This document shows positions 51,901-63,676 of a DNA stretch of 64,000 nt, piece after piece. The notes beneath the pieces are model-generated. The model was not told the origin of the DNA. It saw only the letters and a program-made list of their open reading frames with translations, and did not search any database. The position numbers were made by a program, and so were the translations under genes. This DNA comes from Peribolospora baueri (Eukaryota): positions 124,001-188,000 of the forward strand of contig JAMDHS010000007.1 in the NCBI GenBank assembly GCA_029717555.1. The letters are read 5' to 3'. Numbering within the stretch: position 1 is the first letter of the stretch; every line of letters starts with the position of its first letter.

Positions 51901-54210
51901 GAGGTGGAGGCGGGCGCCGACGACAAGGAAACCGAGCCTGCCGGCGAAAATCCGAACGCGAGGGCCTTTTCCGGCCCGCTCTTAGCCGCCATCGCCTCCT
52001 CTTCTCCCCCTTCCGCCTCCGTCTCCGCTTCCGCCCAGCCGGACGGGAGCGACGCCGCGTCCGCGTCAGAGAACGATGACGACCGGCGCGCCAACGCCCC
52101 CGCCTCCTTTCGCCCGCCTTCGACGAGCCGCAACGCGGCCCGGGCCGCCTCGCACATACCGCCCGAGCTCGTGCCCGGCCAGCAGCTGCACTTCCGTCGC
52201 AAGTTTATGCTCGAGGACTGCACGTTCGTCGGCGTGGGCGATACCGACAAGACGAGGTTCTGCTTCGAGATTAGGACGCCCGGAAAGAGCTTTGCTGTTT
52301 ATGCCAGTGAGTCGCCGCGTGGCGTCGCGTGGCGCGGGCCTTTTGTTTGTCAGACGTGGTCGGCCCTTCGTTCCTAGGTTCCCTTTCCTTCGGGCAGGCC
52401 CTCGCTCACTAGGCCTCTTCTTTCTTCTTTTTTACTCATCTAGACTCACAGGCGGAAAAGGAGGAGTGGATGACGGCGCTGCGAGAGACGAAAGCGGAGC
52501 ACATGTCCGCTCGACGGACCCTCAAGACAGAAGACATGTCCATCGAGGGCCGTCGCGTGCACAGACGCTCCCTCCAGCGCACGCAGCCCTCCAGATCCCC
52601 GCCCCGGAGCGCTTCCGCCAACGCCGCTCGCCGCCTCGCACTGGGCGCTTCTGGCGTCGCCGGCCCGGGCCCCGGCCCCGGGCGCGTGCGCAGATCGTCA
52701 GGTAACGAAGCGGACGGGGAAGAGTCGACTTCGCACGACAAGAGAGAGGCCAACCTCGCGCCATCTTCCGGCGCCTCGTCAGTCGTCGGTCTCAGCACCG
52801 GCGGTAGCTCCTCTTCTTCTTCTTCCCGCCCCCCGTCGTCGTCCTCCGTGTCCACCTCCACCACTCCAGGCGTCCAATCCGCCTCGTCCACGTCCGGCTT
52901 CCCATTCGTTCCCCTTTTCAACGGCGTCGGTGCCGGCGTCGCCGCCGCGACCGCCTCGTCGTCTTCGTCTACCCCGCCCACGGTGCCCTCGACGCCTTCC
53001 TCCAAAGACCAGCTCGCGCCGCCTCCCAAAGACACCACCCAAGGCCTCCGCGTCCTCGAAGACTACATGGCCCCCGTCTGGGTGCCGGATAGCAAGGCGG
53101 ATCGATGCAGGTGCTGCAACGAGGTGTTCGGTATCTGGAGGAGGAAGCACCACTGTCGGCTGTGTGGCCAAGTGGTTTGTTGGGCTTGCTCGTCACGGGT
53201 GAGTATCGCCCTCTTCTGTTCTCCCGTCCTGGTCGGTCATCGAACGAGTCTCTCGCCGTGCAGGGCGCTCTTTTAACTCATCAGGGTCGCCTTTCCTTCC
53301 TTCCTTCCCTCCGCCCGTCCCGTCTCTCACTCCTCTTCAGAATTTCCTCATCCCCAGCGAAGATGGCGCGGAGGATCGCCCGGCCAGGGCGTGCGACCCT
53401 TGCTACGACGCCGTCTTCCCCTCGGAATCGCCAGTCGTCTCGCCTCAAACGCAGAGGAGGTCGTCGGAAAACGTCGCAGATTTCTCTCCGTTGAGGCTCG
53501 GCGTCACACGCAGGCCCGCCACTACCGCGTCCAGCCCTTCCTCCATGCAACGCCTCTCTTCCGCCTCCTCCGCCCCCTCCTCGCCCAAGACGCCGCCGCT
53601 CGGAGAAGAGCAGACGCTGACGATGGCCGGCTCGCACGATGCCGAGGATGACCCCGGTCACCGCCGCATCTCGGACGACCTCGGCGCGCGCACAGAAGAC
53701 GACGACGCGCAGGCGACGATAAAGAAACGCCATTCCTCCTCTTCCCACATTCTTCGACCCCCCTTACCCGATCATCCCCGACCCCCGCTCTCCAAGCGCT
53801 TTCATCAACTCCCACCTTCCGCGTTCTCCGCCGATACCTTTTCGCTGTACGGCACCGGCACCGAACGCGGGCTGGCTGCCTCACCGCGCGATCTGCTTCT
53901 CTTCGCACCATCCAACCACGGCGTCACGACCGCCACGAGCGGAGCTGGCACTTTCCGCCTCGCCGCGCCGAGGGTGACGACGCCGGAAAAGGAAAAGCCA
54001 GCGCTCTTCGGTCCTGACGGCTACTTCCCCAGCAGCGGCGCCGCGACCGGGACAGGCCTGTCCAAGAGCGCGTCGGGCGCCACCGGACCTGGAGGCCTTC
54101 CTCCTGGCGGCTCCGGGGGAGCGATGCTGAGGCCGAGAAGGAAGCCCATGTCGGCCGCGGCGAGGCTCAGTAACGTCTACGGCGGCCCGCCGCCCGCGAC
54201 TCGGCGTTGA
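48948..54210 (+). CDS. DH-PH-FYVE Rho/Cdc42 guanine-nucleotide exchange factor (FGD/Don1-like architecture), about 6 exons
   Basis: DH: RRRIALELLETERQYVGSL, IADIFSNF, LSPFLKMYSLFVKNF, HLLTVVQRIPRYRLL. PH: GRKLVKRGSLQKACRKDVQPREFVLFSDSLLY ... FEIRTPGKSFAVYA|..EKEEWMTAL. FYVE: WVPD...CRCC...RRKHHCRLCGQVVCWACS|..RACDPC. Confidence 0.9.
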
Positions 54211-54843
54211 GTTCCGGTTCGACCGCCACGCACGCGCCGTCTTCGTTTTCTTCTCCTTCCGTTCGATAGGCCTTCGATACGGATCACGGATCGTAGACTC
54301 TGTTTCCTCAACCTCGCCGGCGCCCGCACGCACGCCCGGCTCCCATTTTCTCCTCAAATTTCATCATCCTCCCGTCGTCCCTCGCATCGCATCCCAGCCC
54401 ATGTCGTCCATCCCTTCCGCCCTCTCACCGACGACGCTAACTACATCACTCCTCGCCCACTATTCGCCGCGTCGCCCCTCCCCTCGCCGAGCTGTTCGCC
54501 CTTCGCTTCGCTTCAAAGACGTTTCTATACACCCTTCACCCTTCAAAACTCTCCACTTTTTTTTTCTGGCCCAATAACGGACCGGACCGGCCCGCCGTCT
54601 CGTTTGGCACACACAGGCCGTCCGCCATCGAACATTGTCACCTCTCCTCTCCTCTTGTCTTGTCTTCATCAATTCGTTTCTTTTTTTTTGCCCGAACCCC
54701 AACTTTGTCTTGCTCATCCGAGCCGTCGCCCTCTATTCTCTCTTCGCCCTTCGCCCTTCCTCCTTCGTTCTTCGCCTTGGCCGCTCGGCCCCCATCACGA
54801 CCTTGACGTCCCTTCTCACTACCGAACCGACCTTATGAAATTG

Positions 54844-54876
54844 GATGACGACGACGATGATGATGATGATGATGAC
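54844..54876. repeat. (GAY)11 trinucleotide microsatellite
   Basis: gatgacgacgacgatgatgatgatgatgatgac. Confidence 0.9.
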
Positions 54877-55096
54877 GCTCGCGTGGACGATTCAAGCCTT
54901 TGCTTCATTACATTATCGCCAGCCTGAATAAGGAAGCGGGACACGGCCGATGTCGGCGGCGCGCCTGACGATGTTAGTCTACAGCAAAATCCGATTCAAT
55001 GGCTTGGCTTGGAGTGGCATAGATAGATTGGCTTTGCTGGCGGCGCGAGGCGGGCGAGCGGCCCACGGCCACGGCCAGTACGACATACGCCACCCA

Positions 55097-57884
55097 CTAC
55101 GGTGCCTCGTGGTCAAAGTGAAACCACTTCTGATGTCTCGGGCTAAGTCCAGAGGTCTGCGAGAGCGGCGCAAGCATGCCCGCAGTGAGCATGCCGCTCC
55201 GGTCCTGCTGCGCGAGGCCGCGGGCCATCTCTTCAAAGGCAAAGCTACCGCCAATGGCGCTCGCGTTGGCGTGGGCGTCGTACCGTCTTCGACCTTCGTA
55301 CGGCGCGCCGTTGAACCGCGTTACCGGGTACTCGGAATGGGAGACGTAAGCGCGTGGAGGGGCGGCGTAGGTGTTTCGGGGCACATGTGGGTTGTCGGGC
55401 GCGCGGGTCAGGCTGTCCTCTCGCTCCTCGCAGAGTTCGCTCAGCGCGCTGGACACGCGCGTGGTGGGCTTGCTGAGGATACGCACGGCTCGCATGAACT
55501 CTCCTCGTATCTTCATGGCCGACGCGTGAAAAAAGAAATTACACGCGACCGGATCAGCGATGGCGCTCTCGTTCTGAGCTGAGCTGGGAGCCTCACCGTG
55601 TAAAGGCCATCCTTGGTCACCGTCCGGGCCACGTTGTAAGAGTGCTGGAACGGGTCCTGCGGACGAACGACACATACGACATGAAAGAGCCAACACGATC
55701 AAGTCAGCGTTCGTGAGCGAAGCGACCAACGACATTGCAGGGGCCCCTCTACAAGGGCACAGAGAGGGCACCTACCTCGATGCAGAGCTTGTTCCGCTCC
55801 CATAGCGCATCCTCGCCCGTGCGGTCATTGCTCTGCGCGGAATCGGATACGACGACGGAACGAGGTGAGCGCCAACCGAAAAAGCAAGAGCATGTCCGAG
55901 CGGAGCGTCACTCACATCCAATCCCCATCCTTTCACCTCCTTGCTCAAAATACCGCCCTCCGTCCGCAAACTGATCACGTCCCGGGAATAAGCGAATTCG
56001 CGGCTAAAATACCGGAAAAAGTCAAAGAGGAGTTCGCCCACGTTCTCCTTGTTTTGAGATACCCATTCTTTTCGAAGGGTGGCGACGTCGTCATAGAAAT
56101 AGATGTTGTGGCCATCCAGCGTGACCTCTTCCGGGGATAGTGGTCTCGAAGGAGGGATGAGTTGTAGATTAGGTAGCACCGGTGGTCCTGAGCGGTGGAC
56201 GAGAGGGCAAGACGCCGACAGAACGATGAGTTTGACGGAACTCGGGGCGCGGAGGAAAAAAGAGGCAGTCACTCACGTTTAACGTGTGTAAGAAAGAATA
56301 GAACGAGCAGGGTATAGCCGTACGAAGACAGAGTGCCGGTATAGGGCGAATTCAGTTTTCTTCGCTTGGTCCACACTTTCACTGTAGCAGAGTGACGGGA
56401 CGAAGGTGTCAGTCACGGCTGCGCTCATCAGGCGGAGAAGACGGGAAGACTCACAGAATAAGACCATTGTCCTCAGACGGGGAGGGTCCACCATGGCGTA
56501 ACTAAGTAGCAAGCGAGTGTTCTCCAGCGCCAACCTATTCTCAAAGCCAATGTCGCAGGCAATTTCGAAGGGAAGATCCGGCGTCGGCGCTGATGCACGG
56601 ATGAGACAGGGGGCGAAGGGAACAGACTGCCATCAGTCATGGTCTGTCTGAAGCCGTGGACAGACGGACGGCTGGAAAAGAAGACCGACCTCGGTTGATC
56701 TTGATGATCGGTATTCGAGCTTTCGGCAGTGGCTTGACGATAAAATCGGTCTCTGGACAAAGGCACACGGCACACATAGAGGAAGAGATCTTGAGTGGCG
56801 CTCCGAGGTACAGGATGCCAGAGGCGTGCGACGGCGAAACTCACCAGACCGGATGACCTCGGCCAACTTCTCCACCAGCTCAGACGCGCTGTATCGAGGC
56901 TCGTCCTCCGACTTGCCGATGAGACAGCAGAGATCCATGTCTGAAAGATGGCAACCGCGGGAAAGACGGTGAGATCAGTCGTCGACGCTGAGCGCAGAGA
57001 CTCGAAAACTCACCCGAATTCCTCAGAGCAAAGCCATTGGCCATGCTACCGAAAGCGAGCAGCTTGGCGCCCGGGCTAACCTTGCCGGCTAGGCGCTCGA
57101 GCCTTCTCCGAGTGGCTTCTTTGATGCGGTATTCCTCTTCGGTGGGGAGAATGGGGGAAAGGAAAGCGATGATGCAGTTTGTGAGCTCGGCGCTCGTTTT
57201 CGGGTTCAGGCCGCCCGAGGCGGAGGAGGAGGAGAGGGGGGCGCCGAAATGGGAGGGGTGGAGGTAGGAGGCGGCGGCGTGGGCGTGGGCGTGGGCATGA
57301 GGGTGGGCAGAGAGGTAGGAGAACGGGTGGCTTTGAGGCAGCTGGGCTTGCGCGACGAGCGCGGCCGCTGCAGCGGCGGCCGCTGCGTGAGGGTGGGTAG
57401 GGAAAGCGTGCGACGCCGCGGCCGCCGCTGCCGCCGCCGCCCTGCTGGAGCCGACCTGCATCGCTGCGTTGGCCTGAAGCATGACGTCGGCGGGAAGGGT
57501 GCCATCGTTGTAGTAGGCCGCGTTCATGGTGGCACCGGCGGCGCCGGCGGATGGGGGGAGGCCGGCTTCGGGGACGACGTGGATGGTGGAAGGGGAGGTG
57601 GAAGAGGGGGAAGGGGAGAGTGCGACGGAAGAAGCGGGGGAAGTGGCGGTGGTGGTGATGGTGGTCGTGGACGTCGTCGCCGTCGTTGTCGTCGCAGTCG
57701 TCGCTGACGTAGCCGCCGTCGTCCCGGTGGTGGTGCAAGCCATGACAGCACGATCGTTGGGCAAAGAAGGCCGCCTAGACCTGCTCCCCGGCGGAGAAGG
57801 GTCGTAGTCCGAGTAGGAACCGCGGACGGGGCTAGTTGGCGAAGCCCGAAGGGACTGATAAGAAGAAGAAGAGGCATACTCCAT
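55097..57884 (-). CDS. Cid1-family terminal nucleotidyltransferase (TUTase / non-canonical poly(A) polymerase), about 8 exons
   Basis: LLAFGSMANGFALRNS|DMDLCC (GS...DxD), KARIPIIK, ACDIGFENRLALENTRLL, KVWTKRRKLNSPYTGTLSSYGY, NVGELLFDFFRYFS, LCIE|DPFQHSYNVARTVTKDGLYT|IRGEFMRA, colinear with S. pombe Cid1. Confidence 0.9.
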
Positions 57885-58495
57885 CTGAAGTCGTTCTCAC
57901 TTGCACTCGTTTCTAACTCTTCTCTTCTCTTTCTCTCTCTCTCTCGCTCGCTCGCTCTCTCCGCCGCCGGAGAGGGTGTTGAGAGCGCGCGGGGAAGGGG
58001 GCACGAGTGGGCGAAGACGAGGGTTGGAAGCGAGAGGCGAAGGGTATGGGATGCCGGGTCGAGTGTGGCTAGGTGCGAGGGTTGGAGGAAGAGGTGGAAG
58101 GATGAAGGATGAAGGAAAGAGGAAGGGAGAGCGAATGACCGTGGCAGGCGGCAGCGGCAGCGGCAGCGGCAATGGCGGCGAACAGCGGCACAGCGGCAAC
58201 ACCACAGCGGCAGCGGCGCAATCCTCCACTTCAACCATTCGCATTTCTCACGCCCCGATCGCGATCTCGATCTCGACCTCGAGCGGAGAACGCGGCGTCC
58301 GCTCATTTCTCAGCCGATCGACAGCCAATCAATCATAACCGTACATCGTCACCCCTCCCCCACGCAGCCTCTCCTTCCTACCGCAGACATACAAGACAGC
58401 GAGCGAACGACGGAGCTACGAAATCGGGAGGAAAGTGAACGAGCGAGCGAGCGAGAGAGCGCGGCCGACGTCCCATCGACTTCCTCGCCGCCGTC

Positions 58496-61400
58496 TCACC
58501 GCGACGTTCGCGACAAGTCGGCAAACGCAGCTTCGATGCAATTCTTGATCTGCAGGCAGGCAGGCGGGGCACAGAGAGCAGAATAACGGCCGCAGATGAT
58601 CAGATCAAACGGCGAACGGAGGAACGAGCACGAAATGACCAGCTTCAACGACGACCAAGCCCCACTCACCTCCCTGTAGCTGACAATCAGACAGCTCTGC
58701 TCGTCCCGGCTCGTCAGCATCACCTTCTCCTCGCTGCCCACGTCCAGCTTGTTGAGACTGACGAGCACGTGCGACAGGTCCACCACCGGGTTGCCCTGCT
58801 CGTCTACCTGGTGGAAGACGTGGTCGCGGAAGAGCTTGATGATGTACCTGTCCCCCGTCTCCGACCAGCGCGGGTCGTGGTCGAACCTTGGGGAATAAAA
58901 ATTGTGCGCGTCCTCGGTGAACACGGCGCGTCCCATACGGAGAGGGGCCTCGTGAGGGTACACGAGACGACTCACTCGGGTCGCTCATTGATGAAGCCAA
59001 ACTTGCACAGCAGGCGGACCAACCGGCCGTTCTCGAGTTCCCGCATCAGCTCATTCTCTAGCAGGTCGGAGCGGCTGACGGGATGGCATGGCATGGTATG
59101 CAATGGAGAGAATGAAACCAAGGCCAGCGGTCAGCTTGATCGCCATCCTCACCGATCGTCCAAACCCACCCCTCCTCCACACCCACCTCATCGCCGCATC
59201 AAACTCGTCCAAAGCCCTCGGACCGACCATGCGAATCAGCTCGTCGGCCGTCTTCACCGGACCGGGCTTGGAGAGAAGGAAGAGGGCGACGTTCTTGAGT
59301 TCGGGAGAGTACTGACGGGAGAAGTAGTCGAGGCTCTTGTTGAGGTTGGTCACCGACGCCACCGAGTTACAAGCCAGGGAGACGAGAAGCTTCCCCAGGT
59401 TGAACAGGTCGTCTTGCTGCTCGTCGGTAGACCGGGAGGAGGGCCATCAGCGTCAAACGAGACGTGTCCAGAGCGGCTGCCCGCCGCGACGTCGCCGCGG
59501 ACGCTCACCTGATGCGTCGCGATGTTCTTGCCGCCGTCATAAGCGATCACATCGAAAATACCACAGCAGTTGAGGCGCACCCTTTAGAACCAGGAAGCAA
59601 AGAAGCGGGCGCGGTCAGACCTCGGCTCCGCAGGAACGTCCTCGTGCGGTCCCGCTCACCTGTTCTTCCCGGTCACGAGTACCTTCGTCGGCTCAACGCA
59701 TCGAGACGCGAGGCCGTTCTGGTGGATGACCCGGAGGGCGTTACCGAGCTGAGTGACGTAGCTCCACATGATCCGCTCTGGGATCTGCATGTTCACGGGC
59801 TGCAGGCGGCCGTGCTTCATCTGCGGTGGCTTTGGCGTAAGGTGCTCGTCGTAGAGCGTCGTCGAACATGGGTGATAGTCGTACACGAACACGATCGCTA
59901 TCGCCGCGTCCAGCAAACGGAAGGAACGTCCGCACAATGTCAGTCGAAGCAAATCCATTGAGGTGACCCTCACGTCCGCAGAAACGAGCTGAGCGACCCA
60001 CAATTGTCTCCGAACGCTCTCGTCGTGAACGCTTCTCGGGCCGAGACGACGCCGGGGTGGCGTACTCGTCGCCACTTCTCGATGGAACCGATCGCCTCGG
60101 GCTGCATCAGCCGGAAGCCTGCGGGGAGGGTGAAACGAGAAGGGGAACAAAGGCGGCGATATGAAAAGGACGACTCAAAAACGGCTCGCGCTCGCCAGAT
60201 GACGGAGACAGGTTCGTACGCCGGATGACAGAGGCAGGTTCGTACGCACCCTCTATTCGTCGAAGGACGTACGCCTTTCCATCGAGACCGCAAGTGGCCT
60301 TGTACACACAGCTCTTGTACCCGAACACCCTCGCCGTCCTCTCAAAGTTGACGTCGAGGGGCACGAGCGAGTGATAGACGTGAAGCTCCTCCGGCAAGCC
60401 GCTCTGCGCGTGAGGATGCAAGGGCGGCGGAAGGACGGAAAAGATGGCTTCGCTACGCCTTTGAAGATCTTCCCGCGTCGTTGGCGACATGAAGAAGGCG
60501 TGCGCAGAGGCGTGGTGCGGGTGGAGGTTGGATACGTGCGGGAGAGGTGGAGCGTAGAGGTGATATTGGAGCTGGACAGGTTCGAACGACGCAAATGAGA
60601 TACTCGCCCATCCGTCTCGACGCCGCTGCCAGTTGGGATCGCAGCGTCGCCACTCACAGCTTGCCGCACAGGCTTCTGGGGCATGTAATATGCCTCGTCG
60701 AACGCCTCCTGCGCCGCGTAGGGATTGCTTATGGTCATCTGCTGCGACGACGGCTGTTGCGACATGACGGCTTGCTGCTGCTGAGCTTGGCCGGCCTGCT
60801 GCATGTAGTCGTAATCCGCCTACAGACGAGGGCGAAGCCAAGGATAAGTTTCGCCTACTCACCAAGAGCACAGTACGCCATCACCGACTCACGATGGTCA
60901 CGCTCTGGAACTGCTCTGCAAACCCCTGCTTCGTAGGACTCCCCGCCTGCTCGGCGGTATCCCATCCCCCGTACCCGGACGTCGAGGCGACCTGGCTGCT
61001 CGGCGCGCTACTGGTCGGAGCCACGACCGACTTGGGCACGAACACGGCGGCGCTTGCGTTGCGGACGGAGAGGGCGGACCGGAGAGGCGATCCGGGGACC
61101 GAACTGGCTCTGGATGTGGAAAACGGTCAGAGGGGGGCGGTTGAGCTGGAGGGAAGGCGGCCAACTTTCGGGGGCGCGGGACTCACTTGCTAGCTGTCCC
61201 GCTCTCACTCTTTTTGCTATGATCGAAGGGGCACGAGTCTTCATATTTGCAATACCTGGACGAAGACGAGGGGAGGGTATGAGCATGGCTCGCTCCGTTC
61301 TCCCTGGGGCAAGGGTGGGAGTGTGCGTTCGCCTCACCCGTAAATGGACACGTTGCGGCATGGCGGTTTGGAGGTCGAGGCATCTGATAGACGCGAGCGA

Positions 61401-61650
61401 GGTCAGACGAGCGCGGGTGAGCAAGCATCGCGCGCCTCTTCTCCCACGAGAGCGGCCCGGCCCGCCCGTCTCGCGACGGTCACCCACCCGTTCGGCCTTG
61501 GGGTTTGGGGCTGTCAGCCGGCGAGATGTCGCTCGACGGCGGCGTCTTCGGCGGGGCGATGATGGGGATGGCGGCGCTGGTCTTGGGCGGCGGTAGGACG
61601 TGCGTCTGCTGTGCGCCGCCCCCGGCCGGCGGATAGAGGGGCGCATACAT
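58496..61650 (-). CDS. PAN3: PAN2-PAN3 deadenylase subunit Pan3, about 12 exons
   Basis: ATG at 61650, MYAPLYPP...PPKTSAAIPIIAP. CCCH finger CRNVSIYG|YCKYEDSCPFDH. PAM2-like NASAAVFVPK. Pseudokinase VYHSLVPLD...CVYKAT...YVLRRIE and AFTTRAFGDN. C-terminal RLLCKFGFINER and WSETGDRYIIKLFRDHVFHQVD. Confidence 0.95.
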
Positions 61651-61891
61651 ACGTCTCGCTTCCTCGGATCCCTCACGAATAACTTACGGCGACCGTCCAC
61701 GGCTCGTCGGGGTAATGTTTGGCCGTGCGTCGTCGGCGGCGGCGGTGGTGGTGTGATGGATGAGGAGGGCAAGCACGGCGTGTTAGAAGCGCGCGTGCGC
61801 GTCGAGCCGATCGCGTCAGTTCAGTTTCGCACGGCTGTGACCGACAACGACAACGGCGCTCGACGAGATTGACAAGCGGGCCTCATCATCG

Positions 61892-62382
61892 ATGACGACG
61901 ACGACGAAGATAATGACGACGAGCGCGCCGCTGCTTTCAACTGCTTCCTTCTATTCGAGCGAGCTCGAGGCGGCACTCAAGGAGCAGTCCTTCGGCATTC
62001 GAGCCTACCGCCTTCTCTCGCCCCTCGATCACAATGCAGGCGAGACGGGCGCGAGCGCAAGGGCGCAAGTGAGCCTGTTCGAGGGCGACGAGGTGAAGGT
62101 AGAGGTGTCGGCGGCGGGGTGGAAGGTGAGAAAGGACCGGGGGGAAGAGGAGAAAGAAGCGGGTTGTGTCGTGCAACTGTCTCCGCCGTTCATCGTGGCC
62201 AGCCCTCATCGTCTTGCTCCCCCCCCCTCTGTCTTAAGGCTGTGGGCGCCGGCCAGTCGGCACAGCGAGAGACGCTTGATGACCTCCTTCTCTCTCTCAG
62301 CCCAGAGTACGAACGTCGTCGCATGCACACGCTCATGGTCAAGTTGGAGCGTCTTGCAGAACGACGAGACGCGTCGGAGTAG
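61892..62382 (+). CDS. GSKIP-domain (GSK3-interacting protein / DUF727-like) small protein, 2 exons
   Basis: FYSSELEAALKEQSFGI...AQVSLFEGDEVKVEVSAAGWK| intron 62126-62238 |...ETLDDLLLSLSPEYERRRMHTLMVKLERL matches the GSKIP pattern. The start could be 61892 or 61913. Confidence 0.72.
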
Positions 62383-62568
62383 GCAGCTGGTATCAAAGAC
62401 ATTCGCACGCACCACCCCTCGAGACCGAGCCCGATCTTGCAATGTGCTTTCCGAACCATCATTGATATATCAACGACGCCCGACGGTACCAGAGAGCGGA
62501 CAAGGCTCGTCTCGCTTCCCCTTCCCTTTTCCCAACCTCCGTGGCGACCAGGCTGCCTCGGCTTCGCA

Positions 62569-63676
62569 ATGCGCCTCGTCGAGCTCACCACGCTCTCCCT
62601 TCTCGCCTCCGCCTCCGTCTCCCCCACCTCTCCCTCCTCCCCCGCTCCGTAGACCCATCCGACCTCCCCCCAGCCATCCTCGGCACTTACAACCTCTCCT
62701 TCCTCGTCCTCCCCGTATCGCCCTCCCACGCGCGCTCTCTCCTTCCCTCCTACCTCAACGCTTCCCTCGTCACCGAGTTGGACCAGAATGTCTGGAAGGG
62801 CTTGGGCACGGGCCCGGGAGGCGATGGGCAGGTGCCCGTGGTGCTCGAGCTGAGCAGGGAGGCCAACTGCGGACCGCCGCTGCTGAGGATCGAGAACTTT
62901 CAGTGAGCTCTCCGTTGGCTTGCGCGAGTGGTGGTAAACCTGGAGGCGGGGGGAACACACTCTCGCTCTTCCACTTGGCTTGTTTCGTCGTGCATCGTGC
63001 CTCATCTCGTACGCCTCCGCCGTCGTCGTCTTCGTCATCGTCGTGCCCTGCGGCAGAGAAGCGAAAGTGACGATCCCCAACATCGCCCGTCTCGGCTTGG
63101 AGATGCAGCCTCCAACACCTCCGGCACGCGCCTGTTCACCTACAAAAATCCATCTTTGTCGACTCGGCGCTGGACGTCATCGGGTCCTGGGCCGAGTACG
63201 GTCTGTCGACGTCGAACGAAACCTTCGTTCCCGCCAACTCGAGCGACCCGGCCTCGTTCGATTACGCCGTCGAGGGTAAGCTTAACGCTCACCTCCGCCC
63301 CGTTGCGACGGGCAGGTGGCCCAGAAGCACGTACGAGAGCATCTCACAAGCCCCCTGGTTCGGCGACGGGCCACTGCGCGCGCAACACTTCTATCAATGG
63401 AACCGGTCGGCCGAGACTGTTCCCGTCACCGGTGAGCATCCAAGATAGGATGTCCGACTTTTCGAAGCGCGGACGGAAAGCACTGCGCCGAGCCTGCTGA
63501 CGCCTGACCCCTCTTTCGCCTCGCCTCGCCATCCAAGCCAACGTGACCCTCTCTACCCGCCTTACGCGGGGCCAAACGCCGGCTCGTCGACCACTGTCGA
63601 AGCGTGAGGCCAACACGCCGTGGCGAGCTTCAAGATCGTCGGCCCGCTGCCATGCGAAGCGTTCGCGTCTTCCTGA
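62569..63676 (+). pseudogene. Secreted-protein gene of unknown function with multiple frame disruptions (pseudogene or consensus errors)
   Basis: Signal peptide MRLVELTTLSLLASASVS from ATG 62569. Protein-like blocks VPVVLELSRE, ENFQ|EAKVTIPNI, LFTYK, SIFVDSALDVIGSWAEYGL and FKIVGPLPCEAFA* alternate between frames. Introns 62903-63056 and 63432-63537. Confidence 0.6.

Noticed and set aside
62569..63676. Programmed ribosomal frameshifting in the secreted-protein gene
   Set aside because: It would need four or more shifts plus readthrough, without canonical slippery heptamers; sequence error or pseudogenisation is simpler.
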